Origin: Bilabrum cf. latius
Taxonomy: Eukaryota
Assembly (NCBI GenBank): GCA_965178125.1
Contig: OZ237748.1
Location: 496,001 to 560,000 of the forward strand
DNA length: 64,000 nt
Direction of reading: 5' to 3'
Numbering within the stretch: the first letter of the stretch is position 1; each line of letters starts with the position of its first letter. The notes beneath the pieces were generated by a model. The model did no database searches. It saw only the letters and a program-made list of their open reading frames with translations, and was not told where the DNA came from. Below are positions 26,552 through 36,637 of this stretch, in pieces. The translations under genes were made by a program, and so were the position numbers.

Positions 26552-27205
26552 ATGGTGAGTTGAGGTCGGCGTTCCTATCCATTTATGTGTTATCTCTATA
26601 TTGCGCGGATTGTGTGCCTGTTGATATCGTTTGGCACGTGTACGGCTCGGACACGTTGTTCTCGTCACAGTTTCTGCTGGCTCAACCGGCAATGTAGGAG
26701 TGTAGCAGTCTTGACTCGACTTTTATTGCCGGCTTAGTCCTATTTTGGTGCACAAAATAATGGCGATAGTCGCGGCGGCGTTGCCACTGACCGTGTGATT
26801 CCACAGCGCGGATGCACGAGCCGGTGCGACTGCTTCGCGTTTCTTTAATGTAATCTACCACGAGCATCCCGATTCTACCATCAGTTCATGCGTATGCATT
26901 CGTTCTTGTTCAATCCGCCGCAGAAGCCAGGATCTCGTCCCGGCAAGAAAGGAATCCGCCGCCGCAGAGGAGGCAAGGAGGGCGCGGCGGGCGGCGACGA
27001 GGACGCGGAGCACCGCCGGAGGGAGGCGGCCGAGGACCGGAAGGACGTGATGTCGGGGGTACAGCGAACAAACGCAGCCACTCACTACACGGCGGATGAC
27101 AGCGCCACGACGCTGAAGCTCGAGCCGCTGACCGTGGCCATCGGGGCGGGCGTGTTTGTCGTGTCCGTGGTAGTCTTGCACGTGGTCAGCAAGTTCTCGT
27201 CGTGA
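26552..27205 (+). CDS. SEC61B: Sec61 translocon beta subunit; join(26552..26554,26924..27205)
   Basis: HYTADDSATTLKLEPLTVAIGAGVFVVSVVVLHVVSK resembles the Sec61beta YTDD..GLK..P + TM + LH motif. ATG|GTGAGT...CCGCAG intron; ends TGA. Confidence 0.8.
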
Positions 27206-27581
27206 TGAGTCAAGATGGATAGGCGTGGATGCAAGGAGGGGGGGGAGAGGCTCCTAGCAGGCAGGAGACATGAGAGAGCGGTGTGCGTTCGGTGTGCGTG
27301 CGGTGTGCGCGCGTGCTTGACTTGTGGGGCTGCGCTAGAGGGGAGGGGAGGGGAGGGGGGTGTGATGTGTGAGTGACTGAACCGAGCAAAAACAAACACG
27401 GAAACAAAATCAAACGAATCGGAATGAACACTAGACCGAAAGAACCGTCACAACGCAAAGAAAACCGTGCAAACGCTCAAAATGCAGCCAGCCCTTAGTC
27501 TGGCAGTGGAGCCGGCATGCCTTCCTTGCCGTGGAGCCGGCTGGCCTCGTACCTTCCATCTGCCGATGAACCGACCACTCG

Positions 27582-28752
27582 TCACACCTCAGAGCGAGGC
27601 GGCAGCCAGTACTTCCGGACCGTCTTGCCCTCGCCCTTGCTGTCGCTCTCGCCCACAGAACCCGCTCCCGCCCCAGCTCCCGACCCAGCTCCAGACCCCT
27701 CTGATTCTCCAGCATCGGCGCCCACTACCACCACGAACCCGTCGACCTCCTCCTCGCCCGCACTCGTCACACCCGCACTCGTCACACCTTCAACCGCGCC
27801 GTCCTCGACCCACACGAAGCCCCCCAGCACCAGCTGCCTGAGTGCCTCCTGGGCCCGGGGCCTGGGCCAGCTGAGGGCGCCTGCCACCTGGTCTGCGAGG
27901 AAGGGGGGGGGGGTTGAGAGGGGGGGTGGAAATTGCGCTTCGAGGGCACGGGGAGAAGCAACGGAAAGAAGCAACGAAATGAGAGGCGCATCTATCCATC
28001 GATCGATCGATCGATCGATCGATCCATCAATTGCCTATTTCTTCTATCTCACCGACGGACCATCCCCACCTGCCCCCCGCAGCACCACCATTCCCTGCAC
28101 CCGGGGGTCTCCCGGTGAGCACCACCGCCGCCCTCTCCTAGTCAACGGATAGTTCCCGGGGAACACTCATCACAGCCTCGATGGACGCACCACCACCGCT
28201 GCTGCTGCTGCTACTGCTGCCTCTTCCCGATGCAGCTGCACCACCACTCCCTCCCCCGCTTTCCGCGCCGGTGCCGCTCAGCTTGACGATCCTCGCCCCG
28301 CCCCCCAGCTTGTCCAGCCCCTTCAACGCCGTCTTGACGTCATCACTCGTCACACCCCTGTCCCTGGCCCTCCTCGCGTTGATCATCGACACGAGCTCCG
28401 CCATTGGAAGAAGCCCGCCGTTGATTGGTCTCGTCCGCAGGCAGCAGTCGAGCACCTGCACGCCCAGCTCGTAGTAAAACTGACCGACTCCCAGGTTTCT
28501 CGCCCAGAATCCCCTTGAGCTCTGCAGCGGATCCACGCCGATCACGCTGCACATCGACGCGAACTCTCTGCGGAACACGGGATCCTTGGCGATGTCGTCG
28601 CTGTGCTTGGTAGCAAACTCCATGAGACCTTTCTAGAAAGTTTCCATGGCCCGCTCCATGTGCTCTGCCTGCTCTGCCATGAGCTTGGCGCCCTCCGCGG
28701 CGCGCTTGGCCTTGAGTTCTTGCTGCTCCCGAAGGCCGGCTCGACCAAGCAT
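27582..28752 (-). CDS. SNF8: ESCRT-II subunit Vps22/SNF8/EAP30; complement(join(27582..27892,28053..28752))
   Basis: EFATKH...DPVFRREFASMCSVIGVDPL, FYYELGVQ, SVPREL and C-terminal winged helix (LSWPRPRAQEALRQLVLGGFVWVED...YWLP). In-frame TAG at 28633-5 and 28138-40; ends TGA. Confidence 0.93.
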
Positions 28753-28941
28753 CGCTCACGATCGCTCGACCGCCGCAACCAGAAGTAGAATTAAAAGAGC
28801 GTAATGGCTGGTTGTGCGCAGAAACAAGTGCCGGTCTGCATTCGCCGAGCCAAAGAGTGGTAAAAATGGCTCGTGTGACGAGCTTGCTCTTGGCCGGCCT
28901 TTCCTGGCTCGTTGCTGGGCTCATTCGCTGATTGTTCGCGC

Positions 28942-30613
28942 ATGAGAATCTCAGATTCACGCAGATTAGTGCAGAGACTGGCGTGGTCCGCGCGCTGCCG
29001 GGTGCAGGCCGGGGTTAGGTAGCTTTCCGCCGCCGCGACAATTGGCCGCAGCTCATCGAAAGCGTCGGGCAGCAGCCGTCGAAGCACGGAGCAGCTCGTG
29101 GAGCAGCACCGATGCAACATCAAGCATATTAGTGGAAGCGTTCGTTCGCCGCCCCAGGCAGCGGGCCGGTGGAGACTTGGCGGCGGTTGCTCGCCTCGCC
29201 GGTTCCACACGTCAGCAGGCGCTCGGTTGTAGCGGACGAGCATCGCGTTGGAAAGAGGCGTCCGGCGCTCCGATAATGCTCTTGTGACATCCACGGGAGC
29301 ACGATCCGCCGGCGATTTGCAGGTCGGCGCCGCGCAAGCCATGAAGCCGACTGTGTTTGACGAGTACAACCTAGTCCAGGAAGACGCCACGAAATCGAGG
29401 ATCATGGCGATTGATGATTACGGGTTTCAGGTGAGCTGGATGAATTTTATTTCATGGGGTTAGGAGCGGGGGGGCGGCAGGGCGCGCATTTCTGCGCGCT
29501 ACGTTGGGGCAGGTTCAGGCTGCTGGTTGCTGGCTGCTGGTTGCAAGTTGCTGGTTGCTGGGGCGACCGACCGACCGACTAGGCCAGCAGGCAAGCTGGA
29601 ATGATGGAATGCTGGCATGCATGCTGCAGCAGAATCCGAGAGCAGAGCCACCCCGCCCCCCTCCTCCCCCCTCCCATTCGCCACACACGAGCATCCCCCA
29701 CCCCCCCCCAGTCGTCACTCGTCACTCCCCACTCGTCACACACGCGCAGGTGAACGGCAACCACCTCCGCGGCAGCGTCATCGTGTTCCCCACCTTTTCC
29801 CTCCTCTGGAAGGTCAACCACCTCGTCAAGATCACCCCCGAATCCCTCGTGCCCGTGCTGCTGCCCAAGCGCCCCCGGATCGAGTTCCTGGTGATCGGAT
29901 CAGGGCCCTCCCACGGGGTCATCAAGAACATCAACCCGGAGATATACGACTTCTTCTCCAGGCGGGGCGTGGCAGTCGAGGTCATGTCCACGGACCAGGC
30001 GGTCGCAACCTTCAACGTGCTGGCACAGGAGGACAGGCCCGTGGCTGCCGCCCTGTTGTCCAGGCAGCCCACCACCCCCAAGATGGCCTCGGCCTACACG
30101 AGGGGGGGAAGAGGTTTCGACCCGGAGGCCTACAAGCTCAGGAGCGCGGCACGGGCGGGGGCCGCCGAGGAGGCCGCGGCGCTGCTGGCGGGGAACAACT
30201 CGGGGAGTGATGGTCCCCCCGGGGCTGCAGCAGCCGGAGGAAGGGGGGGCACACCCCGGGTGGAGGAGGGGGGCCTGTTCGGCGGAGGAACGTTCGGCGC
30301 TGACGGGGGGGACAGCATCAGGGAATGGCTGGGGATGGAGAGCTCCGACCCAAGGGCATCAGGTGTGCACTAGGACGGCGAAAGTGCCACCAACCTGGAT
30401 GGCCTGGTGAAAAAAGGAGGCGGGGGTGGTGGTGATGGGCACGATGCCTTCACGGATTCCAGGGGGAGGGTCAGGGGCGCCGATACGCCCAGCAGGAAGA
30501 GGAAGAGGATGGCGCTGAAAGGGTCTCCCCCCAAATTCTACGCCAACAGGGGGGCAGGGGGTTACAAGAAGCCGCAGGAGGAGGACGGGCAGGACTGGGA
30601 GAAGAAGAGCTGA
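28942..30613 (+). CDS. NDUFAF3: Complex I assembly factor NDUFAF3 (Mth938/DUF498 domain); join(28942..29430,29750..30613)
   Basis: IDDYGFQ|VNGNHLRGSVIVFP, IEFLVIGSG, GVAVEVMSTDQAVATFNVLAQEDRPVAAAL. Mitochondrial presequence-like N-terminus. TAG at 29020, 29230, 30371; ends TGA. Confidence 0.87.
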
Positions 30614-31258
30614 GGCATGAGATGGACGGTGAAGGGGGGGGCGGGGGGGGGTACAAGAAGCCGCAGGAGGGGGACGGGCAGGACTGGGAGAAGAAGAGCT
30701 GAGGCATGAGATGGACGGTGAAGGGGGGGGCGGGGGGGGGTACAAGAAGCCGCAGGAGGGGGACGGGCAGGACTGGGAGAAGAAGAGCTGAGGCATGAGA
30801 TGGACGGTGAAGGGGGGGCGGGGGGGGTACAAGAAGCCGCAGGAGGAGGACGGGCAGGACTGGGAGAAGAAGAGCTGAGGCATGAGATGGACGGTGAAGG
30901 GGGGGGCGGGGGGGGTACAAGAAGCCGCAGGAGGAGGACGGGCAGGACTGGGAGAAGAAGAGCTGAGGCACGAGATGGACGGTGAAGGGGGGGGCGGGGG
31001 GGTACAAGAAGCCGCAGGAGGAGGACGGGCAGGACTGGGAGAAGAAGAGCTGAGGCACGAGATGGACGGTGAAGGGGGGGGCGGGGGGGTACAAGAAGCC
31101 GCAGGAGGAGGACGGGCAGGACTGGGAGAAGAAGAGCTGAGGCACGAGATGGACGGTGAAGGGGGGGGCGGGGGGGTACAAGAAGCCGCAGGAGGAGGAC
31201 GGGCAGGACTGGGAGAAGAAGAGCTGAGGCATGAGATGGACGGTGAAGGGGGGGCGGG
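30560..31258 (+). repeat. 87-89 bp G-rich tandem repeat, 8 copies, each containing the last codons and TGA of NDUFAF3
   Basis: TACAAGAAGCCGCAGG recurs at ~30563, 30652, 30741, 30828, 30916, 31003, 31090, 31177. Confidence 0.95.
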
Positions 31259-31526
31259 GCTGATACCGGGGGTGGTGCCTGTGAGTTATGCCACAAGGGC
31301 GCGTGCGCCTAGCGGGCGAATATTCCGATTGCTAAGACGTCCTGTGCCTATGTTTATTCTATGTCTATGTCTATGTCTATTCAACCGACCAAACTGCCCT
31401 GCTGCACCCAAAGCATCCCCATGCAATGCGGCATGCTTCCCATGCAGGCAGGAGGCATTGCATCCCCATGCCTCCCCCCTCCCTCTCCCCGATCATCTCC
31501 CGTTCCCCCTCTTTATCGCGATCGCT

Positions 31527-32055
31527 TTACCCCTTGAAGATGTTGATGACTTTCTTGGCGGTCCTCGAGTGCCTCGACATGACCTTGACGAGCTGCTGCC
31601 GGATGCTGCCCTTGACCTGGCGACGAGCGCGAATGGCCTCCGACCACTTGAACTGCGATTAAAAAAAAAAGGGATTGAGTGTATATGTACGTAATGCATC
31701 TTGGTGCATGGCAGCGTGCACTGCCAAGGGGGCTGCACACCACGAGGTCTAGAAACAATTACGTCTGCTACTCCTGGTCCATCGCGTCTCGGCAGCTCGT
31801 TCACCCGACTTGCGCACTCACAGATCCTGTTTTGTCAACGCACGCAGTTAAGACGTCACGCTGGTGCTGGCACTTGGAAATGTCGTCGTCTGACCTCTCC
31901 AGGCAGGCGAACAGCTCCTCCGTCTCCTGCGGGCAGGGCTGAAACCACTGGAAATCGCCCCCTGTCCCTGCATAGAACGAAACTGCTTTCTAGTGGTCCA
32001 TGTTCAGGTCCCTCCATCGAAATCCTCGCAATCCCTTGTTGTACTTGGCCGGCAT
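31527..32055 (-). CDS. Twin CX9C (CHCH) protein, probably mitoribosomal mS37/MRP10-like; complement(join(31527..31652,31822..32055))
   Basis: MPAKYNKGLRGFRWRDLNMDH*KAVSF...PCPQETEELFACLERSDDDISKCQHQRDVLTACVDK|FKWSEAIRARRQVKGSIRQQLVKV...IFKG. Canonical GTGAGT...TCGCAG intron, TAG 31990-2, ends TAA. Absent from the ORF track. Confidence 0.78.
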
Positions 32056-33023
32056 GATGGCCAGCGAATTGCTTGACTGTTTGGTCGACGAGCCGAGCTA
32101 CTGTTCGCTTCTCAACCTAGCTAAAAGCAAGCCACAGCTTGGATTTTTATGCAAATTAAAGTCTGTAGGCGTGAATCTCGCTACTAGAGCTGTGTTGTTG
32201 CAGTTTTGTCCGCGCGCGGTCTCGTGAGATTTGGCTGACGAGTGCTCACCAGTGTGGGATGGTGTGCAGTGGGTGTGGCCCGTGTTGTGGAGCGAGCGAG
32301 AATCGGGATTTAGCACGGATGGCAAAGAGGCCAAAAGCAAACACACTATTTCGTTCGAAAACTGATGTTTTTCGTTCAATTCTCGCGTTGATTTTGTTGT
32401 TGTTGCTGTTGCTCGGCAGGCCCCGGCGTCAGGTGCCGGCGCTGTGCCACGAGGGAAGCTCACCCCCCTCCCGTGGCACAGCACCGCCCTGCCCTCTCCG
32501 GTTCCGATCCAGCGGCATCATCCACGCATGCATTGCATGGTGGTGTTGGTGGTGCAGCACAGACGGCACGCCGCCAGTGCACACCACCGCCATCACCACC
32601 ATCATCGCAGAAACGCCGCTGCCGGCGGGTCGCGGGGAAAGGGCACGAAACACTCGTGCCTTTCCCCGCCGCGATCCAAAGCGATGAGACGAAAGAAGCA
32701 GCGGGGGAGGAAACACTATTCCCACCCCACCAAATTCTTCCCCGCCCCCCCAAAATCGAATCGCACCCAAACTCCGACGCCTGCACTCTCCCCCCGTGCC
32801 CAAAAAGAGGCACACGGGGAAGAGCGCCTGCAGACCGGTACCGGGACGCGCCCCCATTCACACCCCATCTACCCCAACAACCCCCCCCCCCCTGGGAGAG
32901 GGGAAATGAAGGGGAGGCATGGGATGAGAAGGGGACGCGCCCCGGCTCCATATCCTTGCAAGTGCGCGCGCGCGCGCGCACGCCATTCCAAATTCCACCA
33001 CCACGCACGCATCGCCTGCATGC

Positions 33024-33860
33024 TCAGAAGTAGATGGAGAAGGGGGGTCCCATGGTGCTCTTGATGATGAGCACCTTGATGTTCTGCCACCCCTTGCGCA
33101 GCTGGGAGGCGAGGAAGTTGGCGCCCTTGAGCACATTGGCCTCGATGTCCTCCTGCGACATGCCCACGTGTGCCACGGCCACGTTGATGGTGTTGCCCTT
33201 CTTCATCTGGTACTTGACGGTCAGCTTGGCCTCGTTCACCTTGTTCTCCACAGTGTCGGCGTTGGGGATCACGGTCGGGAACTTGCCGGCCTTGTTGAGG
33301 CCGGTGCCGATCAGCCTCGTCAGCTGGGTGATCACGGGCTGCGAAGCCAGGAACATGTCGTAGGACTTGGCCATCTTCTTGATGAGCTTCTTGTTCTTGT
33401 TCAGCTTCTTGAGGTCGGGCACGGAGCGGCAGTCCACGCCGAGGGCCTTGGCGTCACCGACGTGCTTCTCGGTTCCCAGCACGCAGAGCTTCATGTTGGG
33501 GCGGGGAGCCGCAACCATGGTCACGGTGCCGTTCACCTTCTTGTCCTTCTTCTTGTCGAAGCCCTTGATCACGGCCTGCATCTCGATGGTCTCCACGAAC
33601 TTGCGCTGCTTGCCGGCCTTGCTCTCCTTCACGGTCTCGCCCACCTTGTGGCGGTACGGGATCTCCTCGCCCTTGCTGAAAGCAAGCATACGAGTGATTG
33701 CGGACTTGAGCACATCAGCGGGGATCTTGGAAGCCCTGCGGTTGTTTGAGAAGCGTAGAAGCACACGGGTTTCCAAAATATGCAGCAATCTCACGATATG
33801 ATCATCCACCACGAGTATCAATCAACGCGATTTATAAATAATTAATATAGTTGCTTACAT
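33024..33860 (-). CDS. RPL10A: 60S ribosomal protein L10a (uL1); complement(join(33024..33735,33859..33860)), ATG split by intron
   Basis: RKFVETIEMQ, LKKLNKNKKLIKKMAKSYDMFLAS, GLNKAGKFP, GWQNIKVLIIKSTMGPP. AT|GTAAGC...CCGCAG|G GCT TCC AAG gives MASKIP; ends TGA. Confidence 0.95.
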
Positions 33861-34169
33861 TTTTCCTGATACTACTTTATTTTCTTGGAGCCGAGCAAGC
33901 CTGCCGAGAACTATGGGCTGGAGCAGTTTGTGGTTGGGATCGGATCATCACCCGGACGATGTGATGAGTGCTCATGCAATCCGGAGTCCACCGCATCGGA
34001 TCACAGATTTGTCCACCGTCCAGGATTCCAAGGAGGTATACAAGTCTAGCTCTCCATCTGATTATATTTATTCGGCAATTGAACATTGGTAGTACGCAGA
34101 TTTGAGGCGTCCATCACATCTGCCCAAACTGCCAGTCGTTGACAAGATCGGGAAAACCAGCACTTCACG

Positions 34170-36181
34170 ATGTCGAACGTTTGGAGCATGATCTGCAACC
34201 TGATGGTTGAGCATTATGATTTGAATGTAGCAAAGGAGTTTGATGTATTTGGCGGAACACTAATCAGCCGGCGAAGTTTCGGCGACGTGTGCAACAGGTG
34301 CGGATTCTCGCAGACGAATCGGCAGCTGCAGGTGGCGGAGCATTTCCTGCAGGCCATCGCCAATGCACGAGTGCGAGGTGAAGCCGACACGCAGAAAGAA
34401 CTCTAGCATATCATCCGATACTGCCTCACGGCATTCTGTAAGGTAACTGGTGTATTCTCTCAGTGGCAAGCAGCCTCGAGCGGCAGGCTGCCTCCCGGAT
34501 TCCCGACCTACAGGGAATGGCGTAGGCTGAAGCCGTTCAATGGAACGGGTCAATGTCCCACAACGCACGTCCTCTCTGAAAGCGCCGTGTGTGTAATTCT
34601 GGACGACCCCCGCAACAACACCACGAGCGACCGGGGGCAGGCATGGGGCGAGAGATGCGTCATGAGGGGAGACAGCCAAAGAAGGAGGCCACTGCCAGGC
34701 ACCACTGAGGGGAGGGGAGCAGCCGCACGACCGCGTGGGGGCTAGCTAGCGGTAGGGGAGGGGCGAGCGGCAGGTGGAGGCAGGCACTAGTCCACGGTGG
34801 ACATGGTGGCGCCCATTCTACTGCAATCGACTGCTTTTAAATAGGCTGCAGCAATTGCGGGGGTACCAATCGCACCGACGGCCCAATCGTTCACCAGCGG
34901 TGCGTCAGGCACCGTCGACTCGGACTCTTCTACACAGCGAGGAACCCTACCGCAGTCCGGAAGAAACCAGCCGACGCAGGCTGCTGCAGCTAGTACTACC
35001 GGGCTGGAAGGCGACAGTGACGAGGAGGACGATATGGTGCGGGAGACTGCGGCAGAGAGAGAGGAGCGGCTGTGGAGGGACGCAGTTCCAGACGTGCAGA
35101 TGATGAAAATCCGGCTGCAGCAAGGGGCCGACATCAACCACCGGTTCAGCACCGTGAGATCAATCCAAAAGAGATCAATCAAACGCGTTTCCGTACTCGC
35201 AACGTGCGCGCGAGAGCTTCGATATGGTATACTTTGAGCTCCTGGTCCTGACATTCATGATCAATAAAGACTATCGCAGACCGGTGGAACTCTGCTGCAT
35301 CCCGTTGTTATGACGCATTCTGCGTATGCTGCAGCGTTCTTGGTCGAAGCAGGAGTCCAGTACTGGGTCAAAGACCGGGTGAGAGGTGCCTGACATGCGC
35401 TTGCAAACTGCTTGCTGTGTGTGGTTAGGTTGAGTGCATCTACTGACAGCTACATGCAAGCTTCTATAAGGATTTATACCAGCCGAATGTCTTGGCCTCC
35501 CAGGATGGACAATCGGCAATTCAACTTGCCGAGCAGCTCGAAGACGAGCACGTGATGGGACAGATACGGGCAAGCATCCGAAGGCGAAAAATCCGAAGCC
35601 TGCTACTGTGGAAACGAGCGCACCTGGCGCAGAAAGACGCCAATCTTGTGCTCTTGGCCGCTGCGAACGGATGGCCCATGGAGCTCGCGAAGAGACTGAG
35701 GCTGGGCAAGCTCGTAGGGTCGTATTCCACGATTGGTCGGCTGCAAGCAGGACCACCCAGGGAGCTGATCCGATGCAGCCCGCTAGATGCAGCGCGTCTT
35801 GGAGGGCACAGGGAGTGCGCGAGTCTCCTGAGATAGGCGCTGAAAGCAGATCCTTGTGCGCGGGGGCTGGAGGCGACTGCGTGTCGCCCTGAAGCAGCAC
35901 GATTGCCTTGCTCTTGGATTCTGCTCGACGAGCGCGTTCGCCAGTGGGAGCGCAGGGTGCTTCCCATGGGCTTGCAGGTGTGGACCGTGCCGTATGCGAT
36001 CCCCACACCAGAAGGTGTAGATGCACATGCTGGCAATGGCAAAGGCCGACAGGAGGATCAGGGATCGTCTCGTGGAGAGGAGCAAGGGTAGACTGTGGCA
36101 TGGGAGGCGGATGCCATGTGGGCCCAGCTGTCTGAGAATTGGTTCGAGGGGAAGGACCGGGGCAAAGCCGTGCGTGATTGA
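34170..36181 (+). CDS. Ankyrin family B1: unrecognised Cys/His N-terminal domain, linker, ankyrin repeats, RLRLGKL module, C-terminal extension; exons ~34170-35153, 35280-35378, 35504-36181
   Basis: Exon 1 is open for 984 nt if its four TAGs are sense (no TAA/TGA). Collinear with paralogue B2. Further TAG at 35834 and 36089; ends TGA. Confidence 0.78.
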
Positions 36182-36637
36182 TAGATCAATCTATGTGTGA
36201 CGCTGAATACCAGGACCACTTGCTGAGAAGGACAGTGGACCAGGTTCATGAGCATAGCAGGTGCTGCTGTACGGACGCAGGTGCAAATGCATGCTACTAG
36301 CAGCTGATCTTCGTGACACAAGTGATATCCAACAGATAATCTAAAGCTAGTCTCGCTGACGTGCATTGGCACAACTTATTCGAATAATGGATTGTCTGAG
36401 AACCTGGCAACCAATCCGGAATCCGGATTCCGGATGCTGTCCAATCTAGTGGGTGTGATGAGTGGCTGGTGAAAGAGCCCAATTTGTCCATGCAATCGAT
36501 ACCAGGACCATACTTACTTGTTGAGTATACAATCACAGAAGCAGCTGTATATATCCAGTTGTAGCATGTTAACACAAGCTAGTGCTTGGACTGGTACATT
36601 GTATCAAAATTTGCAGAGCACTGGCAGAGATCGTAGC

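Noticed and set aside
27995-28025. (ATCG)n self-complementary microsatellite
   Set aside because: A simple repeat inside the SNF8 intron with no evidence of function.
24144-32055. Pseudogene cluster or sequencing errors as the explanation for in-frame stops
   Set aside because: All internal stops are TAG, never TAA or TGA. These genes have no frameshifts, and splice sites and motifs are intact.
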